DNA of 48,155 bases, from the NCBI GenBank assembly GCA_902478425.1, contig CABSKV010000002.1:1-48155 (forward strand), given 5' to 3'. The translations under genes were made by a program, and so were the position numbers. The first letter of the stretch is position 1. Every line of letters begins with the position of its first letter. This document shows, in pieces, positions 24,224 through 36,817 of this stretch. Below the pieces are notes generated by a model. It was not told where the DNA came from and did no database searches. It saw only the letters and a list, made by a program, of their open reading frames with translations. This DNA comes from an uncultured Coriobacteriia bacterium. GTDB lineage: Bacteria > Actinomycetota > Coriobacteriia > Coriobacteriales > QAMH01.

Positions 24224-25195
24224 CTAGACAACGCCGACGACACCTCCGGGAATGACCGTCGCGGGACGACACGCCCCGGCAACGAAGTTATAGACCGCGA
24301 GCAACCTATGGTCACAGGTACACGAGACCATTCCCTCGCCTGCACCGACATCCGTGAGCTCACGCCCGTTTGCCACGCACTGGACCTGCTGTTCGCCGAG
24401 CTCGATGACGGGAAAGCCCAGCAACTTGGCCGGATCGCACCAGGGAAGCGCACGACCCTCCGCTACACAGCTCGAGAGCTCGTCGATGGAACATGCCTCC
24501 TCGATGTTCGTGTTCGCAACCGACGTGCGGCGTAGCGAGCCCAGATGCGCACCACACCCCAGATACGCGCCGATGTCACGTGCGAGCGCGCGAATGTACG
24601 TGCCCTTGCTCACGTCGAAGTGGACGTCCCAATATGGCAGCGCGCGTACGAGCGCCTCGCCATCGGCGTCGGCAAGCTCGACATCCTGCATGCCCGTGGC
24701 AGCAAGACGCGCCGCATGCACGGTGATGGGGCGTGCCTCGAGCTCGATTGCCTTGCCCTCGCGCGCCGCCTTGTAGGCGACGACGCCGTTCTTCTTGATG
24801 GCCGAGTACGCGGGTGGCAGCTGTTCGAGCGTGCCCGTGAACTCGTCGAGCACGGCCTGGGCATCGACGCTGCGCATGGCATCGGCCAGCGCGGCATCCT
24901 CGCTACTGGACAACACGCGACCCTGCGCGTCATCGGTATCGGTGGCAACCCCGAAGACGATACGCGCGTCATAGCCCTTGTCATGGCCAGTGAGGTATTC
25001 GGACAGGCGCGTCGCCGCGCCCACGCCCACGAGCATGAGCCCGGTGGCCGCCGGGTCGAGCGTGCCGGCATGGCCCACGCGACGCTCACCCGTAATCTGG
25101 CGTACGCGGTTGACCACGTCATGAGAGGTCATCCCGTAGGGCTTGTCGAGTGCGAGCACGCCGCACAGCCCGCTGGCGATGCGCCTACGGCTCAT
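24224..25195 (-). CDS. truB: tRNA pseudouridine-55 synthase
   Basis: I place the start at MSRRRIASGLCGVLALDKPYGMTSHD (ATG 25195), which overlaps the nrnA stop as ATGA. The catalytic motif HAGTLDPAATG is present. Confidence 0.9.
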   Translation of the reverse strand: MSRRRIASGLCGVLALDKPYGMTSHDVVNRVRQITGERRVGHAGTLDPAATGLMLVGVGAATRLSEYLTGHDKGYDARIVFGVATDTDDAQGRVLSSSEDAALADAMRSVDAQAVLDEFTGTLEQLPPAYSAIKKNGVVAYKAAREGKAIELEARPITVHAARLAATGMQDVELADADGEALVRALPYWDVHFDVSKGTYIRALARDIGAYLGCGAHLGSLRRTSVANTNIEEACSIDELSSCVAEGRALPWCDPAKLLGFPVIELGEQQVQCVANGRELTDVGAGEGMVSCTCDHRLLAVYNFVAGACRPATVIPGGVVGVV

Positions 25196-26241
25196 AGCAT
25201 GTCCTCGCGAATCTTGGCGAACATCGTCGTGTTGGTGACCTCGGCGTCCGTCGTCATCGACGCGCTCGGCTGCTCGGCAAACGATTTGGCGACGAGCTCC
25301 TCGACAATGGCGCGTGCCTCGGGCAGCTTGCCGTGAATGGTGAAGCCGGCCGCAGCCTTGTGACCGCCACCGTTCATCTTGGCGGCGATGGCCGCGACGT
25401 CGCGATCGGTCTTGGAGCGAATCGAACCACGCACGATGGGGCCTTGCTCGCGCAGCATGACGGCAACTTCGACGCCGTCGAGCTGGCGGATCGCGTCGAT
25501 GAGCGAGTCGCCGTCCTCCTTGCTCGCGCCAAGCTCCTCGAAGTCGGCCTCGCAAGCCCAGGACAGGGCGAGCTTGCCATCGAAGAGGAGCTCGAGACGG
25601 CGCACGACGAGGGCCTCGAGCTGCAGGGCGGCCCAGCTGCGACGCTGGTAGACGTAGCGGGCGACCTCGGATGGAATCGCGCCGGCATTCGCCATCTTGG
25701 CGGCGGCCATGAGCGCACGCGAATCGGCGTTCTGGAACTGAAAGCGCCCGGTATCCGTCACGAGCGCGGTATAGCAGCACGTCGCGATCGCAGGTGTCAT
25801 CTCGACACCGGCTTGCTCGAGGAAGTCCCAGACGAGCATGCCGGCCGCCGCGGCCGTGCTATCCACGTAGCCGACGTCGGCAAATGCCGCATCGCCCTGG
25901 TGGTGGTCGATCACCATCGTCTTCCTCGCGCGCTTGAACACGTGCTCGCCATCGCCTGCGCGCGAGGCGCTCGGCACGTCCACTAATATGAAGACATCCG
26001 GTTGCGCATGATAATCGCAGGCGGATACGAAATCCTCGTATCCCTCGAGGAAGTCATAGAGCCTGGGGCGCTCGCGTGTCGCGAGCAGCGGAGTGACCGC
26101 GTAACCAAGGCTGCGCAGGCCAAGCGTGAGCGCAAGGGCACTGCCCAGACAGTCACCGTCCGGATTGACGTGACCGCAGACGGCGACGCTATGCGCCCCA
26201 TCGAGCAGCTCAATGCCTTGCGTGTAATCGAGCTTCGTCAT
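25192..26241 (-). CDS. nrnA: DHH/DHHA1 phosphoesterase (NrnA-like oligoribonuclease/pAp phosphatase)
   Basis: 349 aa with the motifs GHVNPDGDCLGS, DHHQG and GGGHKAAAG. Confidence 0.85.
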   Translation of the reverse strand: MTKLDYTQGIELLDGAHSVAVCGHVNPDGDCLGSALALTLGLRSLGYAVTPLLATRERPRLYDFLEGYEDFVSACDYHAQPDVFILVDVPSASRAGDGEHVFKRARKTMVIDHHQGDAAFADVGYVDSTAAAAGMLVWDFLEQAGVEMTPAIATCCYTALVTDTGRFQFQNADSRALMAAAKMANAGAIPSEVARYVYQRRSWAALQLEALVVRRLELLFDGKLALSWACEADFEELGASKEDGDSLIDAIRQLDGVEVAVMLREQGPIVRGSIRSKTDRDVAAIAAKMNGGGHKAAAGFTIHGKLPEARAIVEELVAKSFAEQPSASMTTDAEVTNTTMFAKIREDML

Positions 26242-26292
26242 AGATCATCCCTTTGTTCTGGTGTCGTCGCCGTAAGCGAAGGAGCCGTCGCG

Positions 26293-26628
26293 CTAGCCCT
26301 CGTCGGAGAACAGCGACGCGATGCGCTCGGCCGCATCGACCGACGGGTCGATGAAGAAGCGCAGCTCGGGCGTGACGCGCCAGCCGAGGCTCTTGCCGAC
26401 GAGCGAGCGAATGCGCCCCTTGGCAGCCTCGAGCCCTTCCATGACCTCGTCGTAGCGGCTTGCCTCAGCGCTCACGTAGACGTTGGCGACTTCGCGGTCC
26501 TTCGAGACCTCGACGTCGGTGACCGTCACGAGCTCGAGACGCGGATCGGCGATCTGGAACAGGAGTACATTGGCGATCTTCTCGCGCAACTCCTCGTTGA
26601 CGCGACGCGATGTGGGTGTCTGCTTCAT
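26293..26628 (-). CDS. rbfA: Ribosome-binding factor A
   Basis: 111 aa: RRVNEELREKIANVLLFQIADPRLELVTVTDVEVSKDREVANVYV. It starts 2 nt after the infB stop. Confidence 0.9.
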   Translation of the reverse strand: MKQTPTSRRVNEELREKIANVLLFQIADPRLELVTVTDVEVSKDREVANVYVSAEASRYDEVMEGLEAAKGRIRSLVGKSLGWRVTPELRFFIDPSVDAAERIASLFSDEG

Positions 26629-26630
26629 GT

Positions 26631-29194
<2,564 letters not shown>

Positions 29195-29198
<4 letters not shown>

Positions 29199-29494
29199 CT
29201 ATCCCCTGCCGGCGCCGCGCTCATGGCGCTCATATACACGTCAAAATCGGCCTTGAGCCGGTCGTAATCGTCGTTTCCCACCTTGGTGCGCAGCCGCCCA
29301 CCCAAAAGGTGCTTGTCGCATGCTTTGGCAAAGCACGCTTCGTCCGCACACACATAGGCCCCGCGTCCTGCCGCCTTGCCACTCGCGTCAAGCGCGACCA
29401 TGCCGTCTGGCATGCGCACGAAGCGCACGAGCGAGCGCTTGTCCGAGCTCGCGTGGCAGGCGATGCAGGTACGTGTGGGGACCTTCTTCGTCAT
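29195..29494 (-). CDS. ylxR: YlxR/RnpM-family (DUF448) RNA-binding protein
   Basis: 99 aa: RTCIACHASSDKRSLVRFV...GRGAYVC. The ATG overlaps the nusA stop as TAATG. Confidence 0.85.
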
Positions 29495-30765
29495 TAGATG
29501 AGGGACTCCTCTTCCTCGTCTGCAGCGGCCTCGGGTGCCTGGCCGTCGGCATGGATGCCGCAGAAGTGCGAGCCGGGGCGAGCATGGTTGCGGCAGCGCA
29601 CGCCCTCGGGGCTCACGTACTCGCAGCGCATGTCCACCGGCTCCTCGGGCACCTCGTCATCCTCGTCGATGAGCGAGGTCATGGATGCCAGCGAGACGCC
29701 ATCGGCTGCGGCGAGGCTCGCCGACTTGATGTCGATGTGCCAGCCGGTCAGACGCGCGGCGAGGCGGGCGTTCTGGCCCTCCTTGCCGATGGCGAGCGAA
29801 AGCTGGTCGTCGGGCACGATGACCGTCGCGTAATGAGAGTCCTCGTCGATGAGCACGTTGGAGACCTTGGCCGGAGAGAGCGCGTTGGCCACGAAGGTCA
29901 CCGGATCCTCGTTCCACTGGATGACGTCGATGCGCTCGCCACGCAGCTCGCCCACGACCATGCGGATGCGCGAGCCCTTGGGGCCGACGCATGCGCCGAC
30001 CGGATCGAGGTTGGACTCGCGGGAGTGCACGGCGATCTTGGAGCGGGCGCCGGCCTCGCGCGCGACCGACTTGACCTCGACGACGCCGTCGTAGATCTCG
30101 GGAACCTCGAGCTCGAGCAGGCGACGGATGAGGTCGGGATGCGTGCGGCTCACGATGATGCTCGGGCGATTGCCGCCATCACGGGTGCGCGTGGCGCCCT
30201 GTGCCTGCTGGCTCGGGTCGCGCACGTCGATGATGAGCGCCTTGATGCGCTGGTTGTGCTGGTAGTACTCGTTGTTGGGGCGCTCGTTGCGCTCGTTCTC
30301 GTTGCGGCGCCTGTCGAAGTGCGGCAGCTCGGCCTCGACGCCATCGCGGATCTTGATGATGGTGAAGTCGGGCGTGGTCTGAAGCACGGTGCCGGTGATG
30401 AGCTCGCCCTTGCGGTCGGCGAACTCCTTGTAGATGCTCGCGCGAGCGGCATCGCGGACGATCTCGTTGATGACGCGCTTAGCGTTTTGCGCGGCGATGC
30501 GCGAGACGTTGTCGGGCGTCACATCGCGCGGCTCGTAGTCCTCGTACTCGCCGGTCTCGGGGTCTTCCTCGCCCACGCCGACCATCTCGTAGACGAAGAT
30601 GCGGCCGCTCTCGCGATCGATGGTGACCTGCGCATCCCAGTCAAGGTCGAGGATGCCCTTATAGCTGCGCGCCAGATCCTGCTCGAGGCGCTCGAGCACG
30701 GCGAGCTGGTCGATGCCACGCTCGGTGGCAAGATCGGTAAGTGCGCTGATGAGTTCTGATGACAT
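29494..30765 (-). CDS. nusA: Transcription termination/antitermination factor NusA
   Basis: 423 aa with the N-terminal domain, S1 and KH domains ([30 protein letters not shown]), plus a Cys-containing C-terminal tail. Confidence 0.95.
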   Translation of the reverse strand: MSSELISALTDLATERGIDQLAVLERLEQDLARSYKGILDLDWDAQVTIDRESGRIFVYEMVGVGEEDPETGEYEDYEPRDVTPDNVSRIAAQNAKRVINEIVRDAARASIYKEFADRKGELITGTVLQTTPDFTIIKIRDGVEAELPHFDRRRNENERNERPNNEYYQHNQRIKALIIDVRDPSQQAQGATRTRDGGNRPSIIVSRTHPDLIRRLLELEVPEIYDGVVEVKSVAREAGARSKIAVHSRESNLDPVGACVGPKGSRIRMVVGELRGERIDVIQWNEDPVTFVANALSPAKVSNVLIDEDSHYATVIVPDDQLSLAIGKEGQNARLAARLTGWHIDIKSASLAAADGVSLASMTSLIDEDDEVPEEPVDMRCEYVSPEGVRCRNHARPGSHFCGIHADGQAPEAAADEEEESLI

Positions 30766-30778
30766 GGTTCCTCCCTAT

Positions 30779-31294
30779 TTAGTTGTCCTGGCCAAGCGGT
30801 GCGTCCTCGTCATCGAAGTTGCGTCCGCTAAAGTCGATCTGGCCGATGATGTGCGCCTTCTTGATGCGGTCGAAGGCGATGCGCTCCATCGTGCCATCTT
30901 CCATTTCGAGCACGAGCTCGTCTGCGTCGAGCCCATGCGAAATACCCGTGTACTTGCTGCGTGCGGCACCCGGCTTGAGGTAGACCACCGTCGTCTCGCC
31001 TGCGAAGCGATCGAAGTCGTCGCGCTTGCGCAAGGGGCGGTCGATGCCGGGCGACGAGACCTCGAGGTCATACGACTCGATGAACGGGTCAGCCTCCTCG
31101 ATTGCCGCATCCACCCACTCCTGGGCATCGACGAGCTCGTCGAGCGTGATGCCGCCAGCCGGCGTGTCAAGGAACACGCGCAGGATGGGACGCTTGCGCG
31201 TGCCGGCCACCTCGACCGTCACCAAATCGAGACCATGCTTGACCGCGAGCGGTTCGAGCACCTCGATCAGCTTGTCCTCCCTATTCACCTGCAT
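30779..31294 (-). CDS. rimP: Ribosome maturation factor RimP
   Basis: 171 aa: LDLVTVEVAGTRKRPILRVFLD...LEVSSPGIDRPL. RBS AAGGAG. Confidence 0.9.
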   Translation of the reverse strand: MQVNREDKLIEVLEPLAVKHGLDLVTVEVAGTRKRPILRVFLDTPAGGITLDELVDAQEWVDAAIEEADPFIESYDLEVSSPGIDRPLRKRDDFDRFAGETTVVYLKPGAARSKYTGISHGLDADELVLEMEDGTMERIAFDRIKKAHIIGQIDFSGRNFDDEDAPLGQDN

Positions 31295-31433
31295 GTCTCC
31301 TTACAAACAAAGAAAGCGGGGCAAATCCCACTTTCTCCTAGACCTTTACTAACTCAACGGCGGCGTAGAAAGCCATACCGTGGCTGCGAACAGCCTCAAG
31401 GCGCACGAAACGGGCGCTTTGACAAGCCACCCT

Positions 31434-31461
31434 ATTTTACTCGGATTTGCCGCCGAGTCAA
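31434..31461 (-). promoter_or_regulatory. Candidate promoter of the rimP-nusA-infB string (-35 TTGACT, 16-nt spacer, -10 TAAAAT)
   Basis: The minus strand reads ataTTGACTcggcggcaaatccgagTAAAATagg, which would give a ~130-nt 5' UTR. Confidence 0.45.
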
Positions 31462-31514
31462 TATGCGACAGGGGGGTCGTCCGGCGCGGGGTCGCTTGCC
31501 AATGATTCGCACCC

Positions 31515-31649
31515 GAAGCGCGATAATCGCTCGGCCGCGTGCGGCGACGCGAAGCTAGTCCCTTTAGGGAAATTCGAAGAGGCAGCCACATACGTGGTTA
31601 CCCCTTCTCAGACAGTCCTCGCAAACCCGCCTCGCGATTATCGTGCTTC
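31515..31649 (+). repeat. Structured intergenic element, copy A (candidate ncRNA or REP-like element)
   Basis: Outer stem: GAAGCGCGATAATCGC (31515..31530) pairs with GCGATTATCGTGCTTC (31634..31649). Core block 1 is 31537..31578 and core block 2 is 31605..31630. These match the reverse complement of 38352..38393 and 38302..38327 at 41/42 and 25/26 positions. An inner hairpin lies at 31576..31608. Two G-U pairs form only on the plus-strand RNA, hence the tentative strand call. Confidence 0.65.
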
Positions 31650-31700
31650 TGCTCATCGGGCGGCGCGACCCGCGCCTGACGACCATATGTTCACTATGTA

Positions 31701-34214
31701 TTAGTTCGCCACGACGTTGACGACGGTCGGGGCGACGATGGTCTTGCGCACGGTGAGCCCGGCGATGCGGTCGGCCACGGCCTCGAGAGCCGCCGCGACG
31801 ATCTCGTCCTCGCTGGCATCGGCCGCCGTCGTTATGTGGCCGCGCACCTTGCCGCCGATCATGACGGCGCGCTCGACCTCGTCGGCCTTCGTTGCCTCCT
31901 CGTCAAAGCTCGGCCAGCTGGCGGCGTAGGCGCTACCCTCGTTGCCGAGCGCCTCGTTGTACAGCTCGTCGGCCCAATGCGGGGCATACGGCGCGAGCAA
32001 CAGCACGAGCGTCGTGGCGACCGCATGGCACAGCTCCCCGTCACGTGCATCTTCGGCCGTGGCGTTGAGGTAGTCGGCAGTCGTGTTGGAAAGCTCCATG
32101 ATGGCCGCAAGTGCCGTGTTGAAGTTGAAGCGCTCGATGTCGGCGCCCACCTTCTTGATGGTCGCGTGCATCTGGCGATTGAGCTCCTTGGCGAGTTGCC
32201 CGTCATCCTTTGGGCCCTTCGCGTCAGCGAGACTCCACACCTGGCCCCAAGTGCGCTTGAGGAAGCGCGCCATCGCAGCACAGCTCTTGTCGTCCCACTG
32301 CAGGTCCTTGTCGGGCGGCGCCATGAACAGGATGCACGCGCGCGCGGCATCCACGCCATACTCGTCGATGAGCGATTCGGGCGACACGACGTTACCCTTG
32401 GACTTGCTCATCGTCTCACCCTTGGAATCCTTCACCATGCCCTGGCACAGTAGGTTCGTGAACGGCTCGTCGAAGTCGAGCATGCCCGCATCGCGTGCGA
32501 CCTTCGTCCAGAAGCGCGAGTACAGCAGGTGCAGAATCGCGTGCTCGATACCACCAATATATTGGTCGACGGGCATGAAACGCATCGCCTTGTCCTTGGC
32601 AAACGGCAGCGTGTCATTGTGCGGGTCGGTGTAGCGCAGGTAGTACCACGAGCTGCACGTGAAGGTATCCATCGTGTCGGTCTCGCGATGCGCGGGCTTG
32701 CCGCACACCGGGCATGTGCACTCATAGAACTCCTTGGAGTCCTTGAGGGTCTGGCCGGCGGCGATGTCGATGTCCATCGGGAGGATGACCGGCAGGTCCT
32801 CTTCGGGCACGGGCACCAGGCCGCACTCGTCGCAGTAGATCATCGGGATGGGGTTGCCCCAATAGCGCTGACGGCTGATGAGCCAGTCGCGCAGGCGGAA
32901 GTTCACGATACCCTGGCCCAGTCCGCGCTCGGCAAGCCAGTCGATGACCGCCTGCATGCCCTCGGAGTCATGTCCGCCGGGCATGCCGGTGAACTCGCCG
33001 GACTGCACCATGATGCCGTCACCAGCATAGGCCTCGTCCCAGTCCACGTCAGTCACCTCGAGATTGCGCACGCTGGCAAGCTCGGTGGCAAGCGGGCTAT
33101 CCGCGGGCACGACGACCGGCGGGATGGGCAGGCCGTACTTGCGCGCGAACTCGAAGTCGCGCTGGTCGCCGCACGGGACGGCCATGACGGCACCCGTGCC
33201 GTAATCGGTGAGCACGTAATCGGAGACCCAGACCGGCACCTTGGCGCCGTTGACGGGGTTAATGACATAGCGACCCGTGAACGCGCCATGCTTCTCGCGA
33301 TCGCCCATCGTGCGCTCGACAGCCGTGGCAGCAGCCGCGACCTTCTGCACCTCGCGCACCTCGGCCTCGTACTCGGTACCCGCGACCAGGCGCTCGACGA
33401 GCTTGTGCTCGGGCGCGAGCATGAAGAAGGTGCAGCCGAATAGCGTGTCGGGGCGCGTCGTGAACACGGTGATTTTCTCGTCGGTGGGCTCGCCTGCCGC
33501 ATCGCAGAGCGTGAACTTCACCTCGGCGCCCTCGCTGCGGCCGATCCAGTTGGCCTGCATCTGCTTGACGCGCTCGGGCCAGCCGGGCAGCTTGTCGAGG
33601 TCGTCGAGCAGCTCCTGGGCGTAATCGGTGATCTTGAGGTACCACTGGTCGAGCTCGCGGCGCTCGACCGTGGAATGGCAGCGCCAGCACGTGCCCTGTT
33701 CGACCTGCTCGTTGGCGAGCACGGTCTTGCAATCCGGGCACCAGTTGACGGGGTTGGACTTGCGATACGCCAGACCCTTCTCGTGCATCTTGAGGAAGAA
33801 CCACTGGCCCCAGCGGTAGTAGTCCTCCTTGCAGGTGATGACCGTGCGGTCCCAGTCATAGGAAAGGCCCATGCGCTTGAAGCTCGCCATCTGGGTCTCG
33901 ATGTTCTCGAAGGTCCAGGTGGCCGGGTGGCTATGATGCTTGATGGCGGCGTTCTCGGCCGGCAGGCCAAAGGCATCCCAGCCGATGGGATGCAGCACGT
34001 CGTAGCCGTTCATGTGGAGATAGCGCGCGTACACATCGCCGATCGTGTAGTTGCGCACGTGGCCCATGTGGATGTCGCCGCTCGGATACGGGAACATCTC
34101 GAGCACGTACTTCGCGGGACGTGTCGATGCCTCGTCTAGCTTGAAAAGCTCATGCTCCGCCCAGCGCTTCTGCCATTTGGGTTCGATGGAATGCGGATCA
34201 TACGCCTCATGCAT
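31701..34214 (-). CDS. leuS: Leucyl-tRNA synthetase
   Basis: I place the start at [18 protein letters not shown] (ATG 34214, GGAGG RBS). The upstream 70 codons of the track ORF are non-coding. Motifs: the HIGH-type [11 protein letters not shown], and KMSKS as TMSKSKGN. Confidence 0.95.
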   Translation of the reverse strand: MHEAYDPHSIEPKWQKRWAEHELFKLDEASTRPAKYVLEMFPYPSGDIHMGHVRNYTIGDVYARYLHMNGYDVLHPIGWDAFGLPAENAAIKHHSHPATWTFENIETQMASFKRMGLSYDWDRTVITCKEDYYRWGQWFFLKMHEKGLAYRKSNPVNWCPDCKTVLANEQVEQGTCWRCHSTVERRELDQWYLKITDYAQELLDDLDKLPGWPERVKQMQANWIGRSEGAEVKFTLCDAAGEPTDEKITVFTTRPDTLFGCTFFMLAPEHKLVERLVAGTEYEAEVREVQKVAAAATAVERTMGDREKHGAFTGRYVINPVNGAKVPVWVSDYVLTDYGTGAVMAVPCGDQRDFEFARKYGLPIPPVVVPADSPLATELASVRNLEVTDVDWDEAYAGDGIMVQSGEFTGMPGGHDSEGMQAVIDWLAERGLGQGIVNFRLRDWLISRQRYWGNPIPMIYCDECGLVPVPEEDLPVILPMDIDIAAGQTLKDSKEFYECTCPVCGKPAHRETDTMDTFTCSSWYYLRYTDPHNDTLPFAKDKAMRFMPVDQYIGGIEHAILHLLYSRFWTKVARDAGMLDFDEPFTNLLCQGMVKDSKGETMSKSKGNVVSPESLIDEYGVDAARACILFMAPPDKDLQWDDKSCAAMARFLKRTWGQVWSLADAKGPKDDGQLAKELNRQMHATIKKVGADIERFNFNTALAAIMELSNTTADYLNATAEDARDGELCHAVATTLVLLLAPYAPHWADELYNEALGNEGSAYAASWPSFDEEATKADEVERAVMIGGKVRGHITTAADASEDEIVAAALEAVADRIAGLTVRKTIVAPTVVNVVAN

Positions 34215-34253
34215 GGCCAACCTCCGATGTGCCGTCAGATAAAACAGTGCCTC

Positions 34254-34259
34254 ATAATA
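34254..34259 (-). promoter_or_regulatory. Possible leuS -10 box (TATTAT)
   Basis: The minus strand reads gcggTATTATgagg, 39 nt upstream of ATG 34214. The intergenic space is only 68 nt. Confidence 0.3.
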
Positions 34260-34282
34260 CCGCTTTGCCGCGGAAATACACG

Positions 34283-34858
34283 CTAGAACGCGATGATACC
34301 CAGATGTTCGAGGAGTATCTTGAGGCCGATGACGACGAGCACGACGCCACCGATGATCTGGGCGGTCTTCTCGAAGCGCGCGCCAAAGCGATTGCCCACG
34401 ACGACGCCGATGATGGAGAGACAAAATGTCGTGATGCCGATGATAAACGCAGCCTCGACGATGTTGATCTGCAAAAACGAGAAGCTGATGCCGACGGCGA
34501 GCGCATCGATGCTCGTCGCGATGGCGAGCATGAAGAGCTCGCGAAGGTCCAGCTTGCCGTCATCGGGTTCGCAGCCCTCGCACTCCTCGTGAAAGGCATC
34601 CCACAGCATCTTTCCACCCACGGCTGCGAGCAGCGCAAAGGCAATCCAGTGGTCGATTGTCGTGACGTAGACGGCGAAGATGCTGCCAAGCGCCCAGCCG
34701 ATGACCGGCATGAGGCCCTGGAAGACGCCGAAGAACAGCGCGATGACGAGGGCGCGCCCATAGTCGATGCGATGCATGCCGAGACCCTTGCAGACGGACA
34801 CGGCAAACGCGTCCATCGACAGGCCGGTGCCGATGAAGAAGATCTCGATGAAGCCCAC
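34283..34858 (-). CDS. mntP: Manganese efflux pump MntP family
   Basis: 191 aa with six TM segments. A duplicated motif is present ([10 protein letters not shown] and [10 protein letters not shown]). Confidence 0.85.
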   Translation of the reverse strand: MGFIEIFFIGTGLSMDAFAVSVCKGLGMHRIDYGRALVIALFFGVFQGLMPVIGWALGSIFAVYVTTIDHWIAFALLAAVGGKMLWDAFHEECEGCEPDDGKLDLRELFMLAIATSIDALAVGISFSFLQINIVEAAFIIGITTFCLSIIGVVVGNRFGARFEKTAQIIGGVVLVVIGLKILLEHLGIIAF

Positions 34859-34867
34859 GGTTAGTCC

Positions 34868-35680
34868 CTACGCCGCGCTATCCGGTTCGCCGGCCTGGCC
34901 CATCGCGCGGTTCACATCCATGAGCTTGCGCTGGAGATCCTGCATCGTGGGCGGCACCCAGGTGATGGCATCCGCGCCCGCATCAATCGTGCTCTTGACG
35001 GATTCACCATCCTTGCCGCCGCTCGCGATGATGGGAATGTCGCCGAAATGCTCGCGCACGGACCTGACGACATCGGGCGTGTTCCTGCCAGCCGCGACGT
35101 TGACGACACGCGCCCCCGTCGCGATCTTGGTGGCGACGAGCTCGTCAAAGGTGACAATGGTGAGAACGAGCGGAATATCGACGGCACGCGAGATCATGTG
35201 AATGTCCTCGACGCTCGTGGGCGAGTTGACGATGACGCCGTATGCACCCTGCATCTCCGATTGCACGGCCAGGGCAGCCGAGCGCACGCCCGTCGTGGTC
35301 GTTCCGGCGACGCCGGTGAACACGGGCCTTCCCGATGCCATCACAAGTGCCTGCGTGATGGCGGGCTGACAGGTGAAGGGATAGACGGCGAACACCGCGT
35401 CGGCATCGCAATTGCAGATGATCGCGAGATCGGTCGAGAACACGAGCGACTTCACGTGACGACCGAAGAACGAGATCCCGGGGCAATCTTGGGCCTCGAT
35501 GGGCACACGCAGCTCGGCTGGAGCATGGCGAAACGAGCCATCGATGGCCTTGGCGCTCACCCGGGCGGGAAGGTCGTCAAGACGGACGACATCAGGCTCG
35601 AGCGCGTCGGGGCGATCTTGCTCCTGCATGCGTTTTCCCAATGGACCGCGCAATCCGCGCAGACGCAATTTGCCTATCAT
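34868..35680 (-). CDS. Hypothetical protein, phosphate-binding TIM-barrel-like
   Basis: I place the start at MIGKLRL (ATG 35680, AGGA RBS); ATG 35629 is an alternative. The upstream part of the track ORF overlaps a plus-strand gene. The C-terminal IPIIASGGKDGESVKSTIDAGADAI resembles the phosphate-binding end of (beta/alpha)8 enzymes. I could not recognise a family. Confidence 0.55.
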   Translation of the reverse strand: MIGKLRLRGLRGPLGKRMQEQDRPDALEPDVVRLDDLPARVSAKAIDGSFRHAPAELRVPIEAQDCPGISFFGRHVKSLVFSTDLAIICNCDADAVFAVYPFTCQPAITQALVMASGRPVFTGVAGTTTTGVRSAALAVQSEMQGAYGVIVNSPTSVEDIHMISRAVDIPLVLTIVTFDELVATKIATGARVVNVAAGRNTPDVVRSVREHFGDIPIIASGGKDGESVKSTIDAGADAITWVPPTMQDLQRKLMDVNRAMGQAGEPDSAA

Positions 35681-35733
35681 GTGCCGTCCTAACTCGAGGC
35701 GCTTGCGCGAGGCCGTCATCCTAAGTTCGGACA

Positions 35734-36045
35734 ATGATAGCAACTCGCATTGTCCCCATGATGTTCGCCACCGAAAAGGCCACGTTCGACTACATCGCCC
35801 CGCGCGTTGACATTCTCGAGACGTCCGAAGCAAGCACGCAGGTGACCAAGGACGCGGCGCTCGCCTGGAAGGAAGCCGTCGCTGTCGACAGCAGCGATGC
35901 TGCCGTAGAGCAGGCAACCAAGCAGCTGCTCGACATCCTCGAGGGACGCCCCACCACCATCGACGGCGTTATCGCCTTTGCGCAGGGTCCCGCCAAGGAG
36001 ATGTTCGGCGAGAAGGCGGCGGCACAAATCCTGGCGATGCAATAG
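35734..36045 (+). CDS. Small hypothetical protein; the frame stays open and coding-like for 30 more codons after its TAG (to 36138)
   Basis: 103-aa ORF with strong GC3 bias. After TAG 36043..36045 the same frame reads QRKADGAKWCDCDACTAATEILAQFGRVEL and then TAG, with 26 of 30 codons ending in G or C. No obvious RBS; Met codons at 35758/35761 are alternative starts. Confidence 0.5.
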   Translation: MIATRIVPMMFATEKATFDYIAPRVDILETSEASTQVTKDAALAWKEAVAVDSSDAAVEQATKQLLDILEGRPTTIDGVIAFAQGPAKEMFGEKAAAQILAMQ

Positions 36046-36150
36046 CAGCGCAAGGCCGACGGAGCGAAGTGGTGCGATTGCGATGCCTGCACCGCCGCCA
36101 CCGAGATCCTCGCCCAGTTCGGCCGCGTGGAGCTATAGGGAAAACGCCCC

Positions 36151-36735
36151 CTACACCCCCGGGTTCGTGAGCCGCAGGATGCTGCGGCCAAACGTGTAGC
36201 CGTACGGCGGCTCGGCCACCCAATCGGCCCTGAAGTCGCGCGTCGTGGTCGCCACGCTGGGACCACGGCGCACGGCGAGGTACTCGTCGCTCCATATATC
36301 GCGATCGAAGGCGAGCAAGCCGCCGTCCTCGTTCTCGATGAGCACCGCCTGCACCCACCTGAAGTCGATAAGCTTGCGCGAGCCCTTGGCAAGCAGCGCC
36401 GTATCCACCACCACGAGAATATCGGCAACCTGAAAGCCACACTCCACGCGCGACACGTGCTTGCCCGGCGGCGTCCACAGCTCGCCCTTCGCCGGCTCGG
36501 CGCGCAAGATGGCGACCTCCTCCTCGACGAACTCGGGTCCCAAAGCCAAGGTCTCGTGCTCGTTTACGAGGTCGACCGCAAAGCCGTCGAAGATGAGTCG
36601 CGCGGTCTTGTATATGTGATCGCTTTCGCCGTCGAGGCAATAGCCCTCGTACGCGACGAGTTCGCGACCGACGCACGAGCGCAAAAGTGCCAGCGTCGCA
36701 TCATCGAACTGACGGCTTATTTCTATCAGGCTCAT
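36151..36735 (-). CDS. Hypothetical protein
   Basis: I place the start at MSLIEISRQFDD (ATG 36735, GGGAAGG RBS). 194 aa with GC3-biased codons and no motif I recognise. Confidence 0.6.
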   Translation of the reverse strand: MSLIEISRQFDDATLALLRSCVGRELVAYEGYCLDGESDHIYKTARLIFDGFAVDLVNEHETLALGPEFVEEEVAILRAEPAKGELWTPPGKHVSRVECGFQVADILVVVDTALLAKGSRKLIDFRWVQAVLIENEDGGLLAFDRDIWSDEYLAVRRGPSVATTTRDFRADWVAEPPYGYTFGRSILRLTNPGV

Positions 36736-36817
36736 GACAATCGCCTTCCCACTCGCGCACTCGTAGTATATTGACGCACTAAGCATACTGCATCGACCAC
36801 CATATAGGAGGGTGTTC

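Noticed and set aside
31419-31424. A perfect TTGACA on the plus strand, about 90 nt upstream of repeat copy A, which could be a promoter for a plus-strand small RNA.
   Set aside because: No acceptable -10 hexamer lies 16-19 nt downstream (CGGATT at the expected position). The call cannot be supported from sequence alone.
34215-34282. I looked for a T-box or other leader upstream of leuS.
   Set aside because: The intergenic space is only 68 nt, far too short for a T-box. It holds just a -10-like hexamer and an RBS.
34859-35733. I looked for a yybP-ykoY (Mn) riboswitch upstream of mntP.
   Set aside because: mntP starts 9 nt after the preceding gene, and the region upstream of that gene is only about 50 nt before a divergent gene. 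There is no room for the roughly 100-nt four-helix riboswitch, and no matching conserved sequence was seen.
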